In this document: in pieces, positions 18,833-27,784 of the stretch | How the letters are laid out: each line of letters opens with the position of its first letter | Position numbering within the stretch: position 1 is the stretch's first letter | Source of the DNA: a virus | Lineage: Duplodnaviria > Caudoviricetes | IMG/VR virus record: IMGVR_UViG_3300031994_000009 | Reading direction: 5' to 3' (one strand) | Length of the DNA: 64,000 nucleotides | The notes under the pieces: generated by a model | What the model was told of the DNA's origin: nothing | The model's database searches: none | The model's input: only the letters and a program-made list of their open reading frames with translations | Translations under genes and position numbers: made by a program

Positions 18833-21817
18833 TTATTTCCCTTCCTTATCGTGTTCACGGAAGTATTGGATAACTTCTACATAGGCCAGCGGCACATCCG
18901 TGAAAGTCTCTCCTGTCTTCGTCACAATACTTGCCACCTTCGGGGCTGATGCCGCACTATCCACCATATGGTGGGCATCGTCACCCTCCGCAGGGGCAGG
19001 TAAAGCACGAAGTTCTGCGGGAGAGCCACCGTTTTGAAGTGACTTTATAAACTGTTTCGATAGGTTAAAATCAACAGTTTTATCTGCCACAGAAATCCAT
19101 ATCCTTACAGGGGTCGAGCAGAAACGAGAACATTGTGAGAGGGGTTCTTCTGCGTTTCCACGGGCTGTCCACCCAATTTCAAACAATTCTTCTGGTGTCT
19201 TACCAACAATTCCGTTCAGTAACGGCTGTGTTCCGAGCATCTTCCGTATTTGAGATTTGAGATATGCCTTCCTTTCGGCTTCGGAAGGATTAGTACCGTC
19301 ATAGTATTGCTCCCAACCTTCATCCCATTGATAGTCAGTTGCATAAATCTCCGTTCCTCGAAAATCATTATCCATTGATGTGCTTCTCATATATGCGTCC
19401 AACTTCGGTGCAAGAGGTGCAACTGCAAGGACGGGAATGTTCTTTTCAAACATCAACTGCGTTGCCATCAGTCCTCCAAGAGATTTCGCTGAAACGAAAC
19501 ATCCGTCATCTGCAATATTGAATCTGGATGTTAGGTATTTGTAACCCTGTATGTAAGCAATAACGGAAGTTTCAATTGTCATATCAGCAATCCCATTTGA
19601 ATACCCCATATATCTCGAAGTATTTCCCAAGAACGATGCAACAGCAAAACCTTCCGAAATCCAATACTTCAAATATTCAAGGTACCTTAGAAAATCGTGT
19701 TGTGTGAAGGATCTATAGGCACCAGTTCCATTGCAAAAAATAATAAGTCGGACGGGATTACCATTCGGGTCATAGTTAGGAGGGAGACGGAGAATAAATG
19801 CAGTAAAATACTTATCCTCTGTGTAGTATTCGGCATTTACGAATGTCTCCGAATATCTGCTCCCGATATGTGGGTGTGTCTCGTACAAACAGTTGATGGC
19901 TATATCCTCCGTGATGTTTGGCTGACAAACTTCCTTTCCATTTTTATATCGTACCGAAACGATGTCGAGAGGTGCTTTTTCAAATACCGTAAAGACTTCG
20001 GTTGCATCTATGGTATCTTGTGATAGATTATTCGCATCATATCCCGAAAAAGCCACACGGTAATAAGCAGCATTCGCATCTGACATACCATAATGTCCTT
20101 GAAAAAAAACATAGTTTTCTATGTTAGTCTGCTTAATCTTATAACCGATGTAACTATAATCCTCGGCGTATAGGTACACGATTATACGGATATTGTTTTG
20201 GTTTGTTTTCACCACGAAATCAGTCCCCTTCGGAAAATAGCCCTTCAATCGGAATCGTCCATCCCTAGAATTTTCCGTACCATCTTGTGTAGAAATATAT
20301 CCATTCTCCTTTGCGTGTGCCTCATCAATCGGTTGCAATTTCCTTACTACGAAGTTGAAGTATTCAGCACCTTCCATATTTGGGACGAATGAACCATCTA
20401 AACTTATTTGCTTTCGGACGATGGCGAAGTTTTCATCAAGGGAATATCCCTCAATCATAGAGTCATTGCACAACACTTGAATATCCTTGGATTTGATAAG
20501 CCGTCCATTTCTAATCGACTTGAAGAAATTATAGAATTCTTTTTCGTCCGCACTTGCAAGTCTGCCAGAATCGGAAATTCCACCATACTCCAAGAAACTG
20601 GCAAAATGAATAGACTCGACACCATCGTATTTGAGGTTTAATTGTTTTCCTTGCTCCGCACTTAGCACATCGTCAACACCGCCAGTAGTCAAGTCGTTAA
20701 CAACATTCGTCTGCGAAATTAGCTTGGTGCTGTTCTGGAATTGAGCGTTACCAATAGTAACCGTCTCCGTTGTGTCGGAAAACGCCGTTCCGTTCCAAGT
20801 GTACAGATGCGTGACGGGCGGTGTCTGCGAGTCCACCACGTAGATGTAGTCGCCAGCCTGCCCTGTCGTAGGAAGCGTGTCCGTTATGAGATATGTACCC
20901 TTGAACGGGTTGTATGCGTCTGCACCGTCCTGTCCGTTTGCACCGTCCTGTCCGTTTGCTCCTCTCGGAATCGTGAAATTAAGAACGGGATTCGTCGCCG
21001 TTCCGCTGTTGGTTACGCTTGCGTCAGTTCCAGCCGCCCCAGTTGTCGTAGTGCCTACAGTAACTTGTTGCACGGCTGTGTCAGCCTTCGCGCCTTGCGA
21101 TGCCGTCGCGAAGTCGGATGCTTTCTTTCCGCTGTCAGTAATGTTGCCGTTCGCGTCCAATCCTGCAAAGTTGTTTGGTGTTGCATTTTGTACTGGCTGC
21201 AAAGCTGTATGACCTTCATCCGCTCTGCTCCTAATTTGCTGCAAATCACTGATAGTTTCTTGTGCGTTTATATTCTGACGTGCATGTGCTTGTTGTTCTT
21301 GCGACAAAACTTGTATCTTATTATGTACTGTGTCGGCAAATGGATCAAACTCAGTCACTGAAGAATCTCCAGATGAATTTCCAGCTTTTAGATAATTCGA
21401 AAGTATAATATTAACGTTTTCTGCAATAGATGCATCAACTGTGCCATCGTTTTTCAAAAGCCCGTTTGTTTCCGATTTCTCTACATAGTTTGCCAAATCA
21501 GAAGGCTGCACAGCAGTTGCACCAGCGGAAGCATCTTCCCTGATTTTGTCAAGATCTGCTATAATATCCTGCTTGCTATCAAGTTCTAAATTTATGTCAA
21601 CTCCAATCTTCGCGAGTTCTTCGTTTATTTGGTGTTGGCTAAATTGCCCAGCAGAACCCATTATACTATAAAGACTGGAATCTTCTGTAACGACAACCCA
21701 CATGTCATCGTCATATGTTATAGGGAATGAACTCGGATCAGAAGAAGTCAACGACAAGTTGAACGAATCCTGGTTCACCTTTTCTATACCTTCTTTCTTA
21801 GGTGTTATGTTGCTCAT
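18833..21817 (-). CDS. tail fibre/spike with collagen-like linker and C-terminal alpha/beta-hydrolase (esterase) domain
   Basis: GANGQDGANGQDG; LNFTIPRG; NDLTTGG...LSAEQGK fibre motif; hydrolase CNGTG, SAKSLGG (Ser), VADKTV (Asp) and DAHH (His). Confidence 0.8.
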   Translation of the reverse strand: MSNITPKKEGIEKVNQDSFNLSLTSSDPSSFPITYDDDMWVVVTEDSSLYSIMGSAGQFSQHQINEELAKIGVDINLELDSKQDIIADLDKIREDASAGATAVQPSDLANYVEKSETNGLLKNDGTVDASIAENVNIILSNYLKAGNSSGDSSVTEFDPFADTVHNKIQVLSQEQQAHARQNINAQETISDLQQIRSRADEGHTALQPVQNATPNNFAGLDANGNITDSGKKASDFATASQGAKADTAVQQVTVGTTTTGAAGTDASVTNSGTATNPVLNFTIPRGANGQDGANGQDGADAYNPFKGTYLITDTLPTTGQAGDYIYVVDSQTPPVTHLYTWNGTAFSDTTETVTIGNAQFQNSTKLISQTNVVNDLTTGGVDDVLSAEQGKQLNLKYDGVESIHFASFLEYGGISDSGRLASADEKEFYNFFKSIRNGRLIKSKDIQVLCNDSMIEGYSLDENFAIVRKQISLDGSFVPNMEGAEYFNFVVRKLQPIDEAHAKENGYISTQDGTENSRDGRFRLKGYFPKGTDFVVKTNQNNIRIIVYLYAEDYSYIGYKIKQTNIENYVFFQGHYGMSDANAAYYRVAFSGYDANNLSQDTIDATEVFTVFEKAPLDIVSVRYKNGKEVCQPNITEDIAINCLYETHPHIGSRYSETFVNAEYYTEDKYFTAFILRLPPNYDPNGNPVRLIIFCNGTGAYRSFTQHDFLRYLEYLKYWISEGFAVASFLGNTSRYMGYSNGIADMTIETSVIAYIQGYKYLTSRFNIADDGCFVSAKSLGGLMATQLMFEKNIPVLAVAPLAPKLDAYMRSTSMDNDFRGTEIYATDYQWDEGWEQYYDGTNPSEAERKAYLKSQIRKMLGTQPLLNGIVGKTPEELFEIGWTARGNAEEPLSQCSRFCSTPVRIWISVADKTVDFNLSKQFIKSLQNGGSPAELRALPAPAEGDDAHHMVDSAASAPKVASIVTKTGETFTDVPLAYVEVIQYFREHDKEGK
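20921..20959. repeat. 18-bp tandem repeat encoding collagen-like GANGQD
   Basis: TGCACCGTCCTGTCCGTT twice. Confidence 0.9.
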
Positions 21818-21823
21818 ATATCA

Positions 21824-23050
21824 TCAAAGTGTTATGTTTACTGATACGTTTGATAAAGACAAACCTGCCCCTATCGGGTTTTTTGAAATGTAAAGTTTAT
21901 ATCCAGACATCTTTATGCTTGTATTGTTTGGAGATATGAAACTGACTGTACTGTAATCTCTTAAAATTGAAGTCCCAGACTGTCTTGCCGTTGCAGTTCC
22001 ATGTGTAAGGATCCAAAGCCAAGCCTGCTGCCCAGTTGTATTTGCGAAAGATTTGTCGGACGAAACTGCTGTTGTTGTCCTTGTTCCAGATGTATTCAGA
22101 TATTGTCTAACCATATCATCTATATTGGAAGTGTTTTCAGAAGGAACGATCCCATAATATGCTGGATATATCCCGATTATAGACTTCGTGGAACTATTCT
22201 TGCTCAAACTTATTCCTTCATATTTTCCAGACGAAGGTGTGTATTCCCATACCTGTGCAGCAACGCTGCTTGTTGATTGTTTTGTATACACACCTGTGGA
22301 TGACCTGCTCCATCCGTCAGGTGTATTGTTCACATTCACGTTGGATCCGTCGAACTTTACCGTGACCGTGACTGTCATTGTCTCCTCAGTATTCATGTCC
22401 CTGACAAAAGAAGTAGGAAATGAATCTGTAGTCACACTATATTTTCCAAGAGCCTCTGCTCTAAGTTCGTCTGCTATCTTGTCATGAACCCATTGCATAT
22501 CCCTGTCTGTATAGTCATTCTGGGAAAGTCCCCACCCATCAGAAGCGTCTACAAGACCAAGATCTGCGCCAGTAATATCATTTTCTATAGTAATACCGTT
22601 CACAGAAGGTTTATTTGTCAAATTATTATAATTCGTTGTCATACTTTCTGGAGTAACTCCAGTGCTTATAATACCACCATCAGATGTGAACACAGCAAAA
22701 TATCCAGAAGAATCCGACGATGCTCTATCAATGAGTCCAAGATTCAACCCAGTCATATTTCCATAAACAGAAACGTCATTGATAGTTGGTATATTTATTA
22801 GATTGTTATAATCCTTTGAGAATGATTCTTCGTTTTTCCCAGAATCTACGAGATTTCCAGAAGAATCGAATGTCACAAAATTCCCTGCGCTTCCATCGAG
22901 AATCTTGTTAGCTTTTTCATCATTAATCTGATTCTGGAATTTTTGTTTGTCATAATCATATATTGCAGATGCCGAGCTGACGATACCCTCTACCGCTTTT
23001 GACGTAAGTTCGCCAGGTATTCCAACAAGTTTTTGAGGATCTTGAACCAT
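21824..23050 (-). CDS. virion/tail fibre-associated protein
   Basis: Duplicated GNF.TFD..G..DSG and YNNL.N.P.IN modules; S/T-rich; ATAAATA at 23071-23085. Confidence 0.7.
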   Translation of the reverse strand: MVQDPQKLVGIPGELTSKAVEGIVSSASAIYDYDKQKFQNQINDEKANKILDGSAGNFVTFDSSGNLVDSGKNEESFSKDYNNLINIPTINDVSVYGNMTGLNLGLIDRASSDSSGYFAVFTSDGGIISTGVTPESMTTNYNNLTNKPSVNGITIENDITGADLGLVDASDGWGLSQNDYTDRDMQWVHDKIADELRAEALGKYSVTTDSFPTSFVRDMNTEETMTVTVTVKFDGSNVNVNNTPDGWSRSSTGVYTKQSTSSVAAQVWEYTPSSGKYEGISLSKNSSTKSIIGIYPAYYGIVPSENTSNIDDMVRQYLNTSGTRTTTAVSSDKSFANTTGQQAWLWILTHGTATARQSGTSILRDYSTVSFISPNNTSIKMSGYKLYISKNPIGAGLSLSNVSVNITL

Positions 23051-23081
23051 TTTGAATTATAGGTTTTTCTTATTTATGTAT

Positions 23082-23234
23082 TTATTTGTCCCTAAATTTC
23101 TCAGCATTTCTACAAAGCATATCAGGGGCAGTAGAAAAACCTTGTGCAGAGATCTCAATTTCCTTCGGATGTTTTACGGGAATTACACTACTCTTCTTGA
23201 AAATTTTCCTCAAGAACCTTTTTATGTACATCAT
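23082..23234 (-). CDS. small basic 50-aa protein
   Basis: MMYIKRFLRKIFKKSSVIPV...FRDK; degenerate class I promoter GTATATTTG at 23262-23270. Confidence 0.45.
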   Translation of the reverse strand: MMYIKRFLRKIFKKSSVIPVKHPKEIEISAQGFSTAPDMLCRNAEKFRDK

Positions 23235-23361
23235 TTTGTTTAATATTTATCAAATTTATTACAAATATACTAAATTCTTTGCATATAAAAAATATAATTC
23301 CCAAAAATATGTAAAAAATGACAAAAATAACAAAGATAAATAAAGAAAAAGATTATTATAA

Positions 23362-23982
23362 ATGAAGGCAAAAGAAGCCATAAAAGTGCTTGACATATCA
23401 AGGATGACTTTACACAATTATGTCAAACAAGGGAAGATACGGATAAGGGAAAAAGAGAATGGATTCTATGACTATAACAGCGATGACGTTTACAAACTTC
23501 TTAACAAGGAAAGAGACAGAAAAGATGTGATCTACGCACGGGTTTCATCAACATCACAGAAGAAGGATCTCGAAAACCAGATTGAAACACTCAGGACATT
23601 CTGTCTTAGAAACGGTATAAAAATAGGAGAAGAGTACACAGACATATGTTCTGGCATGGATTTCGACAGGAAACAGTTCAGGAAAATGCTTGACGAAATA
23701 ACGGAATACAAAATCAGGACAGTTTATATCACATATAAGGACAGACTTACAAGATTGTCATTCAACGTGTTTGAATCTTTATTCGCTAAATATGGAACGG
23801 AAATTATTGTACTTGATGATATTGATAATCCAAAAGAGATAGAGAAAGAGATATTTGGCGAGATTATAACATTGCTGCACAGTTTCTCGATGAAGATGTA
23901 TTCGAGCAGAAGAAAAGAGAAACTTTCCTTGATGGAAAAGGAACTTAAACTTGAAAACAATATTAACACTATAGAGGAATGA
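23362..23982 (+). CDS. tnpA: IS607 TnpA, MerR-like HTH plus serine recombinase
   Basis: N-terminal HTH; IYARVSS...DLENQ, D..SG and YKDRLTR. Confidence 0.93.
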   Translation: MKAKEAIKVLDISRMTLHNYVKQGKIRIREKENGFYDYNSDDVYKLLNKERDRKDVIYARVSSTSQKKDLENQIETLRTFCLRNGIKIGEEYTDICSGMDFDRKQFRKMLDEITEYKIRTVYITYKDRLTRLSFNVFESLFAKYGTEIIVLDDIDNPKEIEKEIFGEIITLLHSFSMKMYSSRRKEKLSLMEKELKLENNINTIEE

Positions 23983-25217
23983 GACTGGTCAGACAAAGCG
24001 TCATAAAAAGAAGCAGCCCAGCATACACTGGAGTTGAACACCTTTGTCATCTGTCGAAGAATCTGTATAATGCTGCATTGTACACGATTAAACAAAAATA
24101 TGAAAGTGATGGAACATATCTGAACTATTATGACATAAACAGAATCATGTGCGAGACAAACAACCCAGATTACAGGGCATTACAAAATAGTCAGAGTCAA
24201 CAAACATTGAAACTTGTTGATCAAAACTACAAATCTTTCTTTACATCACTAAAATCAAAAAATGTCAAACATAAGGTTTCTCCACCAAAATATCTGAAAA
24301 AGAACGGATTGTACACTGTTGTTTGTGCAACCAACGGATTCAGCCAGAAAAAACTAAGACAAGGGATAATAAACCCAGGGAAAACTGACATAGAGATACC
24401 ATTCACAGGAATAGATCCAGACTCCATACAACAAGTCAAGTTCGTTCCAAGAAACGGATACATCATGATGGAAGTTATCTATAATGTGGAAGATCGTGAA
24501 CCGCTTCCAGACAACGGGAACTACATGGCAATAGATCTTGGTGTTAAAAACCTCGCTACATGCACCACAACCATTGATAAACCTTTCATAATAAACGGGA
24601 AAGGATTGTGCTCAATTAACCAATACTACAATAAGGAAAAATCAAGAATACAAAGCGAACTCGAAAAGAAAAACGGAAAGAAAACAAGCAAAAGACTACA
24701 GAACCTGACAAACAAGAGAAACAGGAAAATAAAAGACCAACTGCACAAGGCAAGCCGATACATCATAGACTATGCGGTTTCCAGACATGTCAACACCATA
24801 ATCGTTGGGAAAAACGACGGCTGGAAACAAGATGTGAACATCGGTGAAATAAACAACCAGAACTTCGTCTGTATATCTCATACACAATTCGTAAACATGC
24901 TTCAGTATAAGGCTGAACTTGCTGGTATAAGAGTTGTGTTGACAGAAGAAAGTTACACTTCTTTGTGTAGCTTTGTTGACAAGGAAACAATAAGGTTCCA
25001 CGAGATATATGCTGGAAAAAGAGCAAAAACAAAGACGTTCATCACATCCAGTGGAATGATAATGAACGCCGATGTTAACGGTAGCTTAAACATAATGAGG
25101 AAAGGTCTCATGAAAATTAATGCATCCGACGATGCCGCATATCATTGCAAGCCAGTCGGTAGAGGGTTTATAGTCAACCCAGTGAAAATCTCTGATTTCA
25201 CGAAGTTTAAGGAATAA
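23979..25217 (+). CDS. tnpB: TnpB RNA-guided nuclease
   Basis: SKNLYN; RuvC AIDLG; IIVGKN; EESYTS; NADVNGSLNI. Confidence 0.92.
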   Translation: MRLVRQSVIKRSSPAYTGVEHLCHLSKNLYNAALYTIKQKYESDGTYLNYYDINRIMCETNNPDYRALQNSQSQQTLKLVDQNYKSFFTSLKSKNVKHKVSPPKYLKKNGLYTVVCATNGFSQKKLRQGIINPGKTDIEIPFTGIDPDSIQQVKFVPRNGYIMMEVIYNVEDREPLPDNGNYMAIDLGVKNLATCTTTIDKPFIINGKGLCSINQYYNKEKSRIQSELEKKNGKKTSKRLQNLTNKRNRKIKDQLHKASRYIIDYAVSRHVNTIIVGKNDGWKQDVNIGEINNQNFVCISHTQFVNMLQYKAELAGIRVVLTEESYTSLCSFVDKETIRFHEIYAGKRAKTKTFITSSGMIMNADVNGSLNIMRKGLMKINASDDAAYHCKPVGRGFIVNPVKISDFTKFKE

Positions 25218-25258
25218 ATGTTAAAGATATAATACAATATCTACACATTTATACACTT

Positions 25259-25693
25259 TTACATACTATTGATTTTTGGTATGATTCTAGGCGCACACTC
25301 GATCAACTTTGTCCTTTTCAATGCTGGAAAGAAAGCGACCTCGTCAAACAATGTGTAATAGTCTTTCAATTTCGGTACATCCTCGTCATCCAAAATAACA
25401 AAACTGTCAACAACTGAATTTGTGAGATCCCCTATAGATTTCTTGATAGAGACGATCACGTCGCAGTTGATCCTGCTGTTGATGTAGATCATCCCGATAT
25501 ACCTCTTTGACTTCGCCCCAGAATTTATCAGCCTGCCAAGCTCCGTGTTGATCAGAAACCTGTGTGTCGGTTTGTCTGGATCCAGACCAGACTCAAGCAA
25601 GATGGTATCGACATCTATTATATAGAAGGAACTGAGATTGGTGAACATGTTCCTCAATTTCCTGCAAGGCTCGATTGTAGCATAGAATTTCAT
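25259..25693 (-). CDS. hypothetical protein
   Basis: Start moved to ATG 25693 (MKFY). Confidence 0.7.
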   Translation of the reverse strand: MKFYATIEPCRKLRNMFTNLSSFYIIDVDTILLESGLDPDKPTHRFLINTELGRLINSGAKSKRYIGMIYINSRINCDVIVSIKKSIGDLTNSVVDSFVILDDEDVPKLKDYYTLFDEVAFFPALKRTKLIECAPRIIPKINSM

Positions 25694-25697
25694 AAAA

Positions 25698-25742
25698 ATA
25701 AATAACACCGAAGATTTGTTTTAACTCTTCGGTGTTATTTAT
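25698..25742 (-). terminator. 17-bp inverted-repeat hairpin (terminator or regulatory)
   Basis: ATAAATAACACCGAAGA...TCTTCGGTGTTATTTAT. Confidence 0.7.
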
Positions 25743-25753
25743 TACCAGTTTTA

Positions 25754-26572
25754 TCAATCCGACTCTTTATTGATAGGAGGATCGACCTGTTGATACGCTT
25801 GAATCAGAGCGAGTTTCAGCTCTTGCATAATCAAATTCGTGTCTATGTTCCCAACGACATAATCTATAAAATCCTCTACACCGTTTTCGAACTCATTGGC
25901 TGCAATATTGTAGATATACCTTGAAGGGAGCATTATATTCAGATCAAGGGATATCTCTGTTTCCTTTTTCTTGCAGGAATCGACAAGAATATGTACAGGG
26001 TTATACTGTTTCTGGACATGCTGCTGAGGATTTTGTTTATTTTGATCATTTTGGGCCGTTTCCTTTTCAAAACATTCAGATGTATGTAAAGAATCAACAG
26101 CAGTTTCATTCTCTTTTTGATAAGTAACAGGCTTTTGTGCAACTGGCCTAATCTTCATAGGATATTCTTCTGGACTAGGCAATGGCAGATTTCCCTGTGG
26201 CATTTTTGGCGCAACAAGCCTTTGCTTACCTATATCGGAGTCTGTCACATTAGCTGTTTGTCCATTAGCCTGTAACATATCATGTAAAGTAGGTATATCA
26301 ATATCTTGCCCCCTCATCGACTCGTCTATGTATTTCTTGGGTTGAATTATCTCCGTTGTCCACGGATTGCCTGGTGATGATATTTCCACCATGAACTTAC
26401 CCTTGAGATCAGCCCTGTTATTTGTCATCTTTGATATGAACCTCAAGTTGCACGACTCTCCGCTTTCAAAATGATAGAAAGTCTCACCGTCCATTACTTC
26501 TATACTCTCAAGGACTTCAACCTCTCCAAGATCCTCACCGTCGATCCACTCGAAATATCTTCTTATCGCCAT
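25754..26572 (-). CDS. hypothetical protein
   Basis: 272-aa ORF in operon. Confidence 0.75.
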   Translation of the reverse strand: MAIRRYFEWIDGEDLGEVEVLESIEVMDGETFYHFESGESCNLRFISKMTNNRADLKGKFMVEISSPGNPWTTEIIQPKKYIDESMRGQDIDIPTLHDMLQANGQTANVTDSDIGKQRLVAPKMPQGNLPLPSPEEYPMKIRPVAQKPVTYQKENETAVDSLHTSECFEKETAQNDQNKQNPQQHVQKQYNPVHILVDSCKKKETEISLDLNIMLPSRYIYNIAANEFENGVEDFIDYVVGNIDTNLIMQELKLALIQAYQQVDPPINKESD

Positions 26573-26598
26573 TTTACTGCAGATTTACCTTTTTAACT

Positions 26599-26964
26599 TT
26601 AACCTTTTGTATTCGGATCTCTCTTGATGAACCTTCCGAACTGTTTTTCGTATTCGTCTCTCCATCCGCATCCCTCGTATTGCTTATCGGAGAACCAGCT
26701 GTTGTAGTCCTTTGCAAAGCCTTCCAAAGCTTCCTGAAAATGTTTCTTATAGTCTCCATGCGAAATATGGTTCAACCTTTGCTCATAGATGGTGAAACAA
26801 TGCGACGTCCCCCGAACCCTCCACACTACGGATGCCATAGGATCGTATTCGTGTGCATGGGCGACGACATATTCGACAACGACTGGACCATTCCAACCCT
26901 TAGGTGAAACAGTTGTTGTGTGCATTTCGTCTGGAGCATCATGAAAATCATATATAAAAGGCAT
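26599..26964 (-). CDS. hypothetical protein
   Basis: 121-aa ORF. Confidence 0.7.
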   Translation of the reverse strand: MPFIYDFHDAPDEMHTTTVSPKGWNGPVVVEYVVAHAHEYDPMASVVWRVRGTSHCFTIYEQRLNHISHGDYKKHFQEALEGFAKDYNSWFSDKQYEGCGWRDEYEKQFGRFIKRDPNTKG

Positions 26965-27032
26965 TATTGCTTTATTGTTTTTGAAAAGACTACGACCAAT
27001 TATGGAATCAGCCGTAGTCTATCACGAAAATA

Positions 27033-27485
27033 TCATTTAGATTCGCAATGTACGATCACATCCATAACTTTGGTTTCCTTAACCTCTGTTATGACATAAT
27101 CACTGGACAATCCAGTAAAGTTTTCATCGATCAATCTTGCGGCCTGCCTCAGGTTCTCAGCTTGAACGAGATATACGACATTCTGGATCTTCTCCTTCTC
27201 GGTCTTTTCGTCCACTGTGATAAATCCTACCTTCACCTTATACCAGAACGAAGCCTGATCGTCGTCATTAAACAGAATATCCTTATACGGAGCTTTCTTT
27301 ATGTCAACGACAGAATATTCTCCGCTGATGTACTTGGACATCTCGTCAATGATTCTAGTCTCAGATTCTGTGAAGGAAAATGCATCCACTGTATAGATTT
27401 CGGTCACCTTCTTATAATCACCGTCAACTTCCTTGTTGTAACGAACCTTGGTTTCAAACCAATCAGAGCTAATCTCTTTGATCAT
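27033..27485 (-). CDS. DUF4494-family protein (Bacteroidetes)
   Basis: WFETKVRY...KKVTE.Y.VDAFSFTESE.RI...WYKVKV...YLVQA...ETKVMDV. Confidence 0.85.
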   Translation of the reverse strand: MIKEISSDWFETKVRYNKEVDGDYKKVTEIYTVDAFSFTESETRIIDEMSKYISGEYSVVDIKKAPYKDILFNDDDQASFWYKVKVGFITVDEKTEKEKIQNVVYLVQAENLRQAARLIDENFTGLSSDYVITEVKETKVMDVIVHCESK

Positions 27486-27490
27486 ACAAT

Positions 27491-27784
27491 TTAAGTGTTT
27501 AAAATGAGACTTGATTTTTTATTGTTTTCTTCAGAACCATTATCAATCGATTCACCGAAGATCCTTGAATAATTTGGATTTTCTTTGTAATATTTTGGAG
27601 CCTTTCCACATTCAGAACAAACAAAGACTGGAATTGGCATAATCTCTTCCCTTCCTGTAGGACTGATGATCTGCGAAACTTTCTTCAACACAGCACCCTC
27701 AATGAATGTCTTGCATCCACATTCACAAACGATATTCGGTGAATCGACAATAGCACTCATATTAACTGTCGGATTTTCCATCAT
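27491..27784 (-). CDS. small Zn-ribbon protein
   Basis: CECG...PVFVCSECG. Confidence 0.7.
   Translation of the reverse strand: MMENPTVNMSAIVDSPNIVCECGCKTFIEGAVLKKVSQIISPTGREEIMPIPVFVCSECGKAPKYYKENPNYSRIFGESIDNGSEENNKKSSLILNT

Larger units (their letters stand above)
23290..25257 (+). mobile_element. IS607-family element (ends approximate)
   Basis: tnpA (serine recombinase) and tnpB overlap by 4 nt and lie against the local gene orientation. Confidence 0.85.
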
